64,000 nt of DNA from Vulcanimicrobiota bacterium (GCA_963795855.1 CAWCIZ010000001.1:224001-288000), one strand, 5' to 3'; positions 21,045-31,658 are shown, counted from the first letter of the stretch. Numbers and translations are program-made. The notes: a model not told the origin generated them from the letters alone.

Positions 21045-22593
21045 TTTTTCGCCACTACCCATTGCATGAGTACCTCGCGGTCACGGCGTCCGCCGGTTAT
21101 CGTGAATGGAACCTTGCTGACGCAACATCCAAGTGCGCGCTCATACCGGCCCTTATCTACGGGGAAGCCAAGTAAATACACGCTTCCAAAATGGCGTAAA
21201 ATCGCTGGTGACGGTGGAGAAGACACCAAGTCCATATGCGCGCGAGGATTCAGATAAAAGAGCTACGTCGAGCGCATCGGCCCACGTTACCGGCATCACG
21301 AGCACCGGGTCATCCGCGGCGTTCACGCGAGCTGCGACGGGCTTGACCCAGCCGTTGAAGTCGTTGTCCCACCAGACGCCGGACCGTGCGTCGACGAACG
21401 AGGAGGCCGCACACAGGAGCATCAACGCGATTGCCGCGCATGCCCATGCATTGCGTGTCGCCGATCGCCTGCATCGGATACGAGAAGCCAAGAATCCTGC
21501 AACGCACACGACTAACGTCACCCACAACGGCATGCCATAACGTGTCACGCTGGAGCGGTGTGCATGAAACATGGCGTCAGTCCCAACCAAGGAAACAATC
21601 GGAACGAGCACGAGCGCCGCGGTGATGATACGCGTTCGTGGTGTGGCGCGCAAAAAATTCCAAACCAATGCGCTCAGCCCAATCGCTGCCACCGGAATAA
21701 GCACCAACCACGCACGGCGATGAACGTACTCGAGGTCAAAGAACGCAGAGCCGGCATTGAACGCCCAGGACGTTGCGAGCACCGAAAGCGACAACGAGCC
21801 CGCGCTCCACCGATTCAGAAAAAGAATTTCGCGCAGGTGTTCCGTCATTATCAAGAGCCACGGCACAAAGCCAATGGATGCAATAGCCAGACTAAGAAAA
21901 AATCTGCGCAGGCGTCTTCCGCGTAGCAGCGCAACGGCGTAGATGCTGTGAGCGAACAGCGTAACTGCAAATAGAGTATCCGTATAAAGGCCGAGCATCG
22001 CCATCGTGCAGTACGCCGCCCACCATCCCGTCGAGCTGGATCGACTGGCTCGTAAAAGGAGCGCCGTGCAAAGTGCGAAGATCAGCGACCACAGAGTGTA
22101 TTCGCGAGCCTGCTGCGAATGTATCAAGAGGACTGGTGACAGTGATGAGAGAGCAAAGCCTGCAGCCGCGGCAAGCCGGTTCCCATATCAGCTCCCAACA
22201 CAGGCCAGCTACCGCGAACGGCACGAGCAGGCCGAACAGTAAAGCAGGGGCGCGCAACTGCGCAATCGACATCCCGGCGACGCGAGTCCACAGCGCTGTC
22301 ATGACATAAAACAGTGGCGGATGCTGCGCGTCCTCGTTGGCTAACGAACGCACCGTATCGACCGCAGATCCGTGTTCGCCTCTACCGGTGAAACGCAGTA
22401 TCTCCGATACGCTTCGCGGTTTGCCAACTGCGTTGGCGGCGACGAACGCGCGAGCGGTGTGGCCGGACACCCGCAGAGCAGTCACGGCTTCATCGCTCCA
22501 GAACAGTCGCGTCGGTTCGCCGGTAAAGCGCAATGCCAGTCCTAATAAACCCGCAAGCACGAGCAGCGCGATGAGCTCGAAGGCGCGAGGCAT
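21041..22593 (-). CDS. GT39/PMT-like membrane glycosyltransferase (frameshifts near 22180 and 21235)
   Basis: FWSDEA, DAQHPPLFY and SQQAREY motifs; many TM helices; GGAGG RBS. Confidence 0.8.
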
Positions 22594-23068
22594 CGCACCC
22601 GTTTTCCTCCGCGGGACCACAGTGCGGAACTCCCAGAGTGCCGGCGTGCGCTGGGCAACGCGGAATATATTCATTCTTCTGTAGTATAGGTTGCGCAGTA
22701 GTGACACTAACCGTCCCACCGCTCTCACAGAGCGATGGTGCTTATGGAGCCGTGGAAACCGGTCGCCATGGCTTACGATTCTGTGCTCATTCCGTAGGGC
22801 CGCCCGCCTGTCCGCGTGCGGGACGAATTACCCACCTTACGATCGGCAAATCGTGATCGACAAAGCCGCGCTATAGCGATCCGTTTGTTGGCGGCCGGCG
22901 ACGCTGCCGCTTTTCCATCCGAACTCGATCATGGCGCGGCTGGGGCGCAGGGCAACATCAGGAACAGTCGCTCCGGGGCGCGCATTGGACCCATGAAGCC
23001 CTAGTCATGATGCACCACGCCGCCTGCATCCGTGCGGGCGTTTCGCCCAGGAAGCCGCGGCTGATACG

Positions 23069-24337
23069 GTGAGTGCAAGGATCTATTTGCACATGTGGGA
23101 CACCAGCCGGCGCGAGGTGATGGATTGGCTTTTGCAGCCGTTCTCCATTGAAGCCTTCGCGTCCGAGTATTACGAGCGGCGTCCGCTCTATGTCGAGCGC
23201 AGCGATGCCGGTTATTACGACGGCCACGCGAGCCTTACGGACGTGGAAGCGTTGCTCTTCGGCGTCGAGCTCGAAAAGGGCGATTTACGCATAACGAAGG
23301 ACGGGGCGGACGTTCGGCCCGAGGAGTGGCTGCACGTCCTCGAGTCCTATAACAACGTCACAAAAAAAATTACCACGCGCGAGATCGTCGACCCGCACAA
23401 AGCCGTACAGTTGTTCGCAAGCGGCTGTACGCTGTTTTTCGAGCGCGCGGGGCGCCATTGTCCGGCGGTTGCCGCGATGCAATATCGGCTCGAATCCTTC
23501 TTCGGCCATGCGATCGATGCGGGAATATTTCTGACACCCGCCGGGGCGCAGGGCTTAGCCGTGCACTACGATTCGATCGATGCCATCGTCTTGCACTGTG
23601 AAGGCCGCAAACGCTGGCGCGTGTACGAGCCCTGCATCGAACTTCCGCTCGACGAGGCTCCGCGCAATCAGAAGGACAAGCCCGGAGCGCTATTGCTCGA
23701 CGTCGAGATGCGGCCCGGCGATATGCTGTACATGCCGCGCGGGACGTTTCACGAGCCGCGCGCAAACGACGCCAGCTATTCCTTGCACGTAACGTACGGT
23801 CTGCGGCCTGTGAAATGGCATCACGTTTTGCGCGAAGCCCTGCAGGATGCCGCTCGCGCGAATCCCCTGCTGCGTGCGAGCGCGTGCGCGCCCACGAGCG
23901 AAGAGTCGATTGCCGCAATCGTCGGGCAGACGTTTGCTCTCGCCAACCTGCGGCGTATCGAGCAGCGCCTGGACGACCGCAATCGTGAAACGATCCGCAA
24001 CCCGGGGAACGGCGTGCTGCAGCAGGCGGTTTCGCTTGACGATTTGACGCCGTCGTCGACGGTGCGCCTCCGCCCCGGCGCGATCTATTCCATAAAATCG
24101 AACGGCAGCGGGTGCGTCCTCACCTGCTCCGGCGTGCGCATACCGTTGCCGGAGCAGGCGCAGACCGCTGTTTCATTCCTGGAGCGCTGCGGCAGCGCTG
24201 CAATCGAAGACCTTCCGCTGGAGCCGTCCCGAGCCGTCGGGATCGTGCGTAAACTCATTGCAGCGGCCGTCCTCGAACAGCCGGGGTTACGCGCGCGCAG
24301 CGTTGAGAACGCGGTCTTCGCCGGAGCGGGTGAATAA
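23069..24337 (+). CDS. JmjC/Cupin_4 (ROX-like) 2OG-Fe(II) oxygenase, paralogue 1
   Basis: GLAVHYD, GRKRWRVY and GDMLYMPRGTFH motifs; C-terminal winged-helix-like domain. Confidence 0.9.
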   Translation: MSARIYLHMWDTSRREVMDWLLQPFSIEAFASEYYERRPLYVERSDAGYYDGHASLTDVEALLFGVELEKGDLRITKDGADVRPEEWLHVLESYNNVTKKITTREIVDPHKAVQLFASGCTLFFERAGRHCPAVAAMQYRLESFFGHAIDAGIFLTPAGAQGLAVHYDSIDAIVLHCEGRKRWRVYEPCIELPLDEAPRNQKDKPGALLLDVEMRPGDMLYMPRGTFHEPRANDASYSLHVTYGLRPVKWHHVLREALQDAARANPLLRASACAPTSEESIAAIVGQTFALANLRRIEQRLDDRNRETIRNPGNGVLQQAVSLDDLTPSSTVRLRPGAIYSIKSNGSGCVLTCSGVRIPLPEQAQTAVSFLERCGSAAIEDLPLEPSRAVGIVRKLIAAAVLEQPGLRARSVENAVFAGAGE

Positions 24338-25529
24338 CGGGCGAAGCCACTCGAAGGCGTGCAATTTGAACCAATCGTCTTCCAGCGCGCGCATCTCGCG
24401 CGAATCACCGCACGCACACCGGGCTGCCGCTTCGCCGAACGTCAAACCCTCAAGGGCGCATCGCAGTAAAAGACCGGGTGACTTCGAGGCGAAGTCGAGC
24501 GAACGCAGTCTGCACGAACCGGTCGAAGAGTTCCGCAAGTTTATCGCGCGGATCGATGCCTGGATACCGGTTTGCAAGGAATCGTTCGACGACGGCGATG
24601 TCGGGAGCGTGCGTCAACAGTGCGATCAGCAAGCGGATCTGCGGATCCGGGATCGACGCCATCGACTGCTTCGCGAAATGCATCTTCGCGCGCGATTTGA
24701 GCGCGCCGGCGAGAGTGTACGCCAAGCCGGCATGTCGCTTGGCGAGGATGGCGACCAATCGCGCACGAGAGACCGGGCTCACGCGATCCAGCGCGGGCAT
24801 CATGATGACGCTGCACGCGTCCCAAAACTCCGCCGTTTCGACGACTTGCGCGGCGGCCTCTTCGAAGAGCGCCGGATCGACTTTTGCGACGCTGCTCAGC
24901 AGCGCGAGTTTGGTTCGAAGCGGTTCGGGCTCGTAGGAAAAATCGTACGCAAGCCCCGGCCCGAGAAAGCTGTAGCGCTCGGTTTGAACCTCTTTCCTCG
25001 ACCGCACCAGCACGCTGATGGACGGCGATTCCAAGTGGAGAAGCGCATGGATGAAGCCGTTGCCGGCTGCGATCGCACGGATGCAGCCTTCCGAGAGATA
25101 CTCGGCGCTCTTAAAGCGGAGATCGCCCAAAGCCAGACGTTCGGTGATTTGCTCCGAGCGGTCAAACGAATATTGACAGTGGAAACTCGACCCTCTGAGC
25201 ACGCCCCACGCGCCCGCGAACGTATGCGAGTGTATCGACGTCGGCGCGTTGATCCAAAACAGCAGTTGCACGATCACGCTCTCGCCGATGAAGACGCAGA
25301 CGGGCGGGTCCGCGACCTTCGAAAGGGGAGGTCCGTTTTGCTGCGCCATTTCCCACGTGAGGATGTCCTCCAGGAGCACGGATCGCCAGCCGTCGTCGCG
25401 CTCGAGCGCCGCCGCTGCCAATTCGGGAAGTGCAGCAGGATCGCACTGCGTTGCTTGCCAGCGCCGGTCGACCGATTCCCCAATGCGGCGAAGACAATCG
25501 ATCTTTGCCGCAGCGGCCGTTGCGCTCAC
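24287..25529 (-). CDS. Uncharacterised cupin-fold protein with an HxH...H triad (cysteine-dioxygenase-like); probable frameshift near 24500
   Basis: TSIHSHTFAGAW ... FIHALLH ... SISVLVR; starts 8 nt after the JmjC-2 stop; ends at 24450 as read, or 24287 if the frameshift is corrected. Confidence 0.7.
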
Positions 25530-25536
25530 ACGAAGT

Positions 25537-26771
25537 CTATGCTACGGCGGTTTGCGCCGCCGGCTCGGTAGCGCTGGAGAGTTGAATCGCAAAACCGTCT
25601 TGGATGAGTTTGCGCACGACCTTCAACGCTTTTTCGTCGTGCTTGAGCAGATCGCCCGCGCGCACGCTGGTGCGGCTCTGCAATTCGTTGATGATTGCGG
25701 CCGCGTACGGCGCCAGCGTGAGCGTCTTGTTGGAGAACGTCAGTTTGGTGGCGTGCTCCGTCTGCTCGATGCTGCAGAGCATATCCGGCCGCACCGCCAC
25801 GATCGAATCCTCGGAGAGATCCTTTAGCCTTGCGATCTGCCCCAACTGTCCGCTGAGGTCGTTGCGGTAGCGCTCGTTGACGTAGCGGTTCGTCATCGAT
25901 TCCAGCGTCTCGCACAACGTTTGCGGGGAAAGCATTGCAGCGACGGCCTCGGCTATTTGCGCTGCGGTTTCCGGTGAGGCGTTTTTGCGGAGGACGGCAT
26001 CGGCGTGCGCCGATTCCTTGAGTGCCTCGTGCAGCACTTCAATCCAGCGCCTTTGGTGGATTCCCAGGGTAACGTGCAAGGAAAGGTCCTCGTTGGCGCT
26101 GGCCTCGTGCAAGAACCCGCGAGGGATGTACAGCATGTCTCCGGGCTGCATAGCGATGTCGAGCAGCGTTTCTTTTGAGGCGTGTATCTTTTTGTCGTGC
26201 GGCTGCGTCTCGAGCGGCAGTTCGACCGGGCTGTCGTAGACGCGCCAGTGCTTCGAACCGGTAATTTGGATGATCGCCGTGTCGTGCGTATCGTAGTGAA
26301 CGGCAAAGCCCTGGCTGCCGGGCGGCGTCATGTAGATATTGGGCTGGACGTCGCAGCGCCAGAAACGCTCCAGTTTCCGGCACAGCGTTGCGAGGGGGGG
26401 TGCGAACCGGTCCACACGGTCGAAAACGATCGTGCAGCCGTCGGCAAAGAGCGAAGAAACGAGATCGGGCTCGATGATTTCGCCGGGCGAAAGCTCTGAT
26501 CGCGCCGTATCCGGGTCTTTTTTGTGACGTACGTTTCCGGGCGCGCTTCAGTTCCGTCCTTTACCGGCCGCAAGTCTTTGGTGGTGATGACCGAGCCGAA
26601 CAGCACCCGCTCGTACTCGGCCAAACTGAAGTACTCATCGTAAAACCCCGGCACGTTACGCGATACGTGCAAGGGGCGCCGCTCGAAGTAGTCATTTTGA
26701 AACTGCTCGATCGACAGCGATCCTAACAGCCACGCTAATGTCGCGCGATCTTTCGCTTCGGTGCTGGGCAT
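25537..26771 (-). CDS. JmjC/Cupin_4 (ROX-like) 2OG-Fe(II) oxygenase, paralogue 2 (frameshift near 26490)
   Basis: GGAGG RBS; YFERRPLHV, GFAVHYDTHD, GSKHWRVY and GDMLYIPRGFLH motifs. Confidence 0.9.
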
Positions 26772-26908
26772 ACGGGTCGTCCTCCAAAGGTGCACAGAGC
26801 CCGTCTGGGTGGGCTGCAGGGCTTTACCGTGAAGCTACCTCACGTCGTACCACTCGGCAACGTCTAGTTGCATCATGGCAGCCTGCGTCGATGGGCCCCC
26901 GGCAAAAT

Positions 26909-26940
26909 AATTAGGCTCCCCGCTTGCGAGGAGCCCAATT
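26909..26940 (-). terminator. Strong stem-loop downstream of the precursor peptide gene
   Basis: Minus strand AATTGGGCTCCTCGC-aa-GCGGGGAGCCTAATT followed by ATTTT. Confidence 0.75.
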
Positions 26941-26960
26941 CGGGGAGTGAGGCGCCGGAT

Positions 26961-27122
26961 TTAGTGGCTGTCGCCGCTTCCGAACGCACCGTCATTGGTG
27001 ATGTCGCACACGCCGTTCGGATCGGTCGGGCCGTCCGGGCACGAGGACGAGAAGCCGCTGCCATCGCCGTACAGCGCCGGTACGAAATACGAGGTCAGCA
27101 GTTGAGGGGTCTTGTATTCCAT
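26961..27122 (-). CDS. Putative RiPP precursor peptide, 53 aa: MEYKTPQLLTSYFVPALYGDGSGFSSSCPDGPTDPNGVCDITNDGAFGSGDSH
   Basis: Hand-translated; AAAGGAGG RBS 7 nt before the ATG; GC3-rich codons; YxxPxL leader motif; upstream of and co-oriented with the oxygenase genes. Confidence 0.8.
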   Translation of the reverse strand: MEYKTPQLLTSYFVPALYGDGSGFSSSCPDGPTDPNGVCDITNDGAFGSGDSH

Positions 27123-27514
27123 GGGTTAGCCTCCTTTAAAAGTAGCGCCGCTGTCGCTATACAGTGGGCGGTACATACAAAGGTAGCAGCAGCGCTGCAA
27201 GGGCGGAATTTCCGTTGGCATCATTTCTTGCTAAGGAGTGCTGCTCAGGCTTATACGCCATGGTTTTGAACTTCTCACGCCGGTAGTCTGGTCGGCACCG
27301 GGCCGAATGGCGCTCGACACTCTTCGGACGGTTGCTTTTTCTGTCAGCGGGCGAACGGGCTTAATCCGAAGCGCACGAAAACGGAAAAATTTTTGAAGCA
27401 TTACGCTTTGCGCACGCAGGCCCGCGACAAAAGCAGGTGAATTGGTTAGGGCGATCGTGCTTACACGCCGGTCGGGCATCCCTTTTTTGCTTTTTCACCC
27501 AGAGAAAGTCTTGC

Positions 27515-28933
27515 ATGCACACCTCTTCCAAGATTGCCGCGCTTGCGATCGCTGCGTCCGTTCTGGCAGCGTGTTCCGGCGGCGGTGGTTCGCTCACTCC
27601 GCAATCCAATCTCTCTACGGCGCCGGCGGCGCCCGCGTCGGGCGCATCGCGCTTCATCGCAAGCACCGCCGCGGCAACCAACACTCAGGATTTCACCTAC
27701 GACGCGAATCCGCCGACCAAACCGTTCGGCAACGGCGCGCCGGTAACCGCAAATGCTCTACCGCCGCCTTCCGTCTGCGAGCAAGTATACGGGCTTGCAT
27801 GCTATACGCCGTCGGAAATCAAAACCGCGTACGACGTTCCGTCGCAGTTCAATGGGAGCGGCCAAACGATCGTGATCGTGGACGCCTTCGGCAGCCCGAC
27901 GATTCAGAGTGATTTGCACGTTTTTGACACGGTTATGGGTTTACCCGATCCCGCCTTCGACATCCAGTATCCGGGCGGCCAGCCCTCTGCTTTTGACGGC
28001 AGCAATAATCGATCCGGCTGGGCCGGAGAGACCTCGCTCGACGTGGAGTGGGCGCACGCTATTGCACCGGCCGCGACCATCCATCTCGTTATTGCAAAAA
28101 CCAACTCGAGCACCGACATCAGTACCGCGGAAGCGTACGCTATGCAAACGTATCCGGGGAGCGTCATCTCAATGAGCTTCGGCGCCGGCGAGCCGGCGAT
28201 TCCGGGCGGGGCGAACAACTCGCACTTGCAGCACGACGACAAATTCTTCCAGCAGGCGCAGCATCAGAACACCACGCTGATCGCGAGCGCGGGAGACACC
28301 GGAGCGACGAACGGCACGGGCACGCTGACCGCGGAGTTTCCGGCATCGGATCCCTCCGTGTTGTCGGTCGGCGGCACCGACCTGTTCATGAGCGACGCCG
28401 GCGTCTATCAGCAAGAGACGGTGTGGAACGATACCGTTTCGTCGTTGTGTCCGTTCGGCTGTTATTACGGCGCCTTTGGCGTGACGGGCGGCGCGCCCAG
28501 CCGCCTCTTCCGCGCGCCAAGTTATCAGCAGAGCCTCTTTCATCCCGACACGCGCGAGACGGCCGACGTCAGTTACAACGCCGGCGTCTACACCGCGGTC
28601 CTGGTCGCAGAGGGTTTCAACTCGCCGGGTCAGGTCGGATTCTATTTCGTGGGCGGAACGAGCGCCGGCGCACCGCAATGGGCCGGCATCATCGCGCTTG
28701 CGAATCAGGCCGCGGGACATTCGCTTGGATTCGTGAACAAATCCCTGTACCATATTGCGAAAAACGGGCCGTACGCTTCCGCGTTTCACGACGTCACCGT
28801 CGGCAACAACGCGCTGTTCAGCCTTCCGGGAGAAAACGCGGGACCCGGTTACGACATGCCGACCGGTCTCGGATCGCCGAACGTGGCGAACCTGATTACC
28901 GCGTTGACCGCGGACGGAAACTCCGGGAACTAA
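27515..28933 (+). CDS. S53 (sedolisin-like) peptidase, lipoprotein
   Basis: LAAC lipobox; ETSLDVEW, SAGDTG, GGTSAGAP and GYDMPTGLGSP motifs. Confidence 0.92.
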   Translation: MHTSSKIAALAIAASVLAACSGGGGSLTPQSNLSTAPAAPASGASRFIASTAAATNTQDFTYDANPPTKPFGNGAPVTANALPPPSVCEQVYGLACYTPSEIKTAYDVPSQFNGSGQTIVIVDAFGSPTIQSDLHVFDTVMGLPDPAFDIQYPGGQPSAFDGSNNRSGWAGETSLDVEWAHAIAPAATIHLVIAKTNSSTDISTAEAYAMQTYPGSVISMSFGAGEPAIPGGANNSHLQHDDKFFQQAQHQNTTLIASAGDTGATNGTGTLTAEFPASDPSVLSVGGTDLFMSDAGVYQQETVWNDTVSSLCPFGCYYGAFGVTGGAPSRLFRAPSYQQSLFHPDTRETADVSYNAGVYTAVLVAEGFNSPGQVGFYFVGGTSAGAPQWAGIIALANQAAGHSLGFVNKSLYHIAKNGPYASAFHDVTVGNNALFSLPGENAGPGYDMPTGLGSPNVANLITALTADGNSGN

Positions 28934-28956
28934 CCACCGAAAATTCGTTCGAGAAG

Positions 28957-28987
28957 AAGGGCCCGCTGCTGCAGCGGGCTTTTTTTT
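28957..28987 (+). terminator. Intrinsic terminator
   Basis: GGCCCGCTG-ctg-CAGCGGGCT followed by a T7 run. Confidence 0.9.
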
Positions 28988-28991
28988 GCGG

Positions 28992-30630
28992 TTATCGCGG
29001 CGCGAGCGTCCAGTGCGCGACGTTCCACCACACGCCGTCCTGCGAGACGCTTTGCCCGCGCAGCCGGCTGGTGAACGTGTCGACTTCGTTGCGGTTGTAG
29101 ATCAACACGATCGGCAGATCCGCGGAAAGCAGCCGTTCCAGTTTCGCATAGATCGCCTTACGCTGCGCCGGATCGAACGTGCTGCGGCCTGCGCGCAGCA
29201 GCGCGTCGATCTGCGGATCGCAGATGCGCGACTTGTTGTAGCCGTGCGGCGGCACGTTGCCGCACGCGAATTGATCGGTCGTGTCGGGATCGTCTCCGTT
29301 CACGAACGAATACAGCGCGAGGTTGAACTTGCCGCCGTAAACCGGTCCGCCTTCGCTGGCCGGCGCGACGAACTGCGTGATGTTGAATTGCTTGAGCGAC
29401 ACGCGGCGCCGGCCGCGCGTTCGTATTGCGTCACGGAGTTGCCGATAATCGCATCGCCGGGAGTCGCGGCCTGGACGATCATCTGCAGATCGAGCGGGTT
29501 GCCGTCCTTGTGGCGCACGCCGTCCGCGCCGGCGCGCCAGCCCGCGGCATCGAGCAGTTTGCGCGCATCGTGCGCGATCGTACGGAACGTCCGGATATGC
29601 GTGCGGATCGAACGCCCAGAAGAAGAGTCCGCGGCCGGCCTGCGCGCTCGACACTGCGCCGCGATAGGCTTTGGCGACGAGGCTTTTGATGTCGATCGCT
29701 TCCGCGAGCGCGCGACGCACGCGCGGATCCGCCGTCGCGGCATTCTGCGTGTTGAAAATGATCGCGCCGACGCCGGCGACCGGGCTCGCGGTCGTGCGGT
29801 AGCCGGACAACGCCAGCGAGCTGCGGATACTGCGAGTAATCCTGTGTCGTTGAAGTAGCCCTGCACTTCAGCGTCTGAAGCAGGTTCAGCGCCGTCTGCG
29901 CGTCCGGAACGAAGCGGATGGTCAGGCGATCGATCTTCGGTTTGCCGCCGAAGTAGTACGGATTCGCGTGCATGACGACGCGATCGCCGTGCAGCCAGCG
30001 CGTCACGACGTACGGGCCGGAGCCGATCGGCTGCTGATCGAACGCGATGTGATTGAAGTCTGGATACTTCGCGAGCAGATGTTGCGGGAAGAATCGGAAA
30101 GCCTTGCGGCGCGAGCACGAGCGTCAGCAGCGGCGCAAAGGGCTCCTTCAAATGCAGCACCAGCGTGTAGTCGTTGGGCGCCTCGGCTTTCGCGATGCGA
30201 TCGTAGCCGTATCGCGACTGCACGTTGTTCGCCGGATTGTTGATGGCGTCGATGGACCACACGCAATCGCGCGCGGTCAGCGGCGCACCGTCCGCAAAGC
30301 GCACGCCTTTGCGCAGATGGTACGTCATCGTCAGGCCGTCGCGGCTGATGCCGCCGTTCGCGATCGACGGCGCCTGCGTCGCAACGTCGCCGATCGAGGT
30401 TTCCGCGATCGTCGTACTTCACGAGATAACGAAAAGAGCAGAAATCCCCACTCCGTCGAGGACTGTCCGTTTTCCAGCGCGGGATTGAGCGATCGCGGCT
30501 CACGCTGCTGCGCGATTTGCAACGACGTTTGCGTGTGCCGGCGCGCCGATTAGTTTGGGTGCGCGCTGTCAAAAGCGCACAGCGCCGAGCAGCACGCCTG
30601 CGGCAACTCGGGTGCGCGATGCTTCAGCAT
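28992..30630 (-). CDS. Peptide ABC transporter substrate-binding protein (family 5; several frameshifts)
   Basis: YHLRKGVRFADGAPLTARD, GSGPY, DPRVRRAL and ARKLLDAAGW motifs. Confidence 0.88.
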
Positions 30631-31640
30631 GGCACCAGTCGAACGGCAGGTTGGGATCGGCGCTCAACGTGAGCGCATCGGCGCGCACGGCATCACCTTG
30701 GTGCGCGGCGGCCGCGGCAATCATCGCCGCGTTGTCGGTGCAATATTTCGGCGGCGGAACAAACGCGGGCACGCCGTTGCGCGCACTCCATTCGGCGAGC
30801 GCGGCTTGCAGCGCGGAGTTTGCGGCGACGCCGCCGGAAAGCACGACGCAGGTGTACGCGCTGCGTTCGAACGCCGCGTTCGAGACGCTGCATCAGCACG
30901 TCAATCACCGCCGCTTGAAACGATGCGGCGACGTCCGCCTTCTCGGCTTGCGCGCCTTCGGGATTCCAAGTAATAGCGAACCGCCGTTTTCAGGCCGGAA
31001 AACGACATGTCGAGCGAGCCCGGATCCGGGACGATGTCGCGGAAACGCAATCGCCTTTGCGTTGCCGCCTTTGGCGAGTTTGTCGAGTGCGGGCCCGCCG
31101 GGAAAGCCCAAACCGAGTAGACGCGCCGTCTTGTCGTACGCTTCGCCCGCTGCGTCGTCTTTCGTCCGCCCGATGACGCGCATCTGCGTCGCGCTTTCGA
31201 CTTCGACGAGTTGCGAATGTCCGCCGGAGACCAGCAGCGCCAAAAACGGATACTGCGGCGTCTGCTCGCGATCCAGAAACGCCGCAAAAATGTGGCCGTG
31301 CAAATGATTGACGCCGTACAGCGGTTTGTCGATCGCGAACGCGAGCGCTTTCGCCGCCGCGACGCCTACGACCAAACTGCCGATAAGGCCCGGGCCGCGC
31401 GTTACGGCGATGCCGTCGATTCGTCATCGAGTCGTCGTGCCGGCGCGGTCGACCGCGTCCTCCACCGCGGCGGAGAGCAGCGCGACGTGCCGGCGGCTCG
31501 CGATCTCCGGCACGATGCCGCCGTACTTCGCGTGAAACGCGTCTTGGTTCGTCGAGACGCTCGCACGAACGCGCACGGCCGTCCTCAACCACGGCGGTCG
31601 CCGTGTCGTCGCACGAGGTTTCGATCCCGAGCAAAAGCAT
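30569..31640 (-). CDS. tsaD: tRNA N6-threonylcarbamoyltransferase (frameshifted; 3' end uncertain)
   Basis: [40 protein letters not shown] and CTDNAAMIA motifs. Confidence 0.95.
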
Positions 31641-31658
31641 GACGTGTACCTGGCTACG

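Noticed and set aside
22600..23068. Short ORFs between GT39 and JmjC-1 as additional precursors
   Set aside because: None has a clear RBS or similarity to the 53-aa peptide.
26961..27122. Classification as a lasso peptide
   Set aside because: Has YxxPxL but lacks the downstream Gly and penultimate Thr pattern, and there is no lasso cyclase or B2 peptidase in the window.
27215..27233. Sigma54-like TGGCA...TTGCT motif
   Set aside because: GG-GC spacing is 11 rather than the required 10, and no activator gene is nearby.
27157..27261. Second minus-strand sORF MAYKPEQHSLARNDANGNSALAALLLPLYVPPTV upstream of the precursor
   Set aside because: Faint MxYKxxQ similarity, but weak RBS and many A-ending codons (TTA, AGA, CTA, GTA); more likely promoter DNA.
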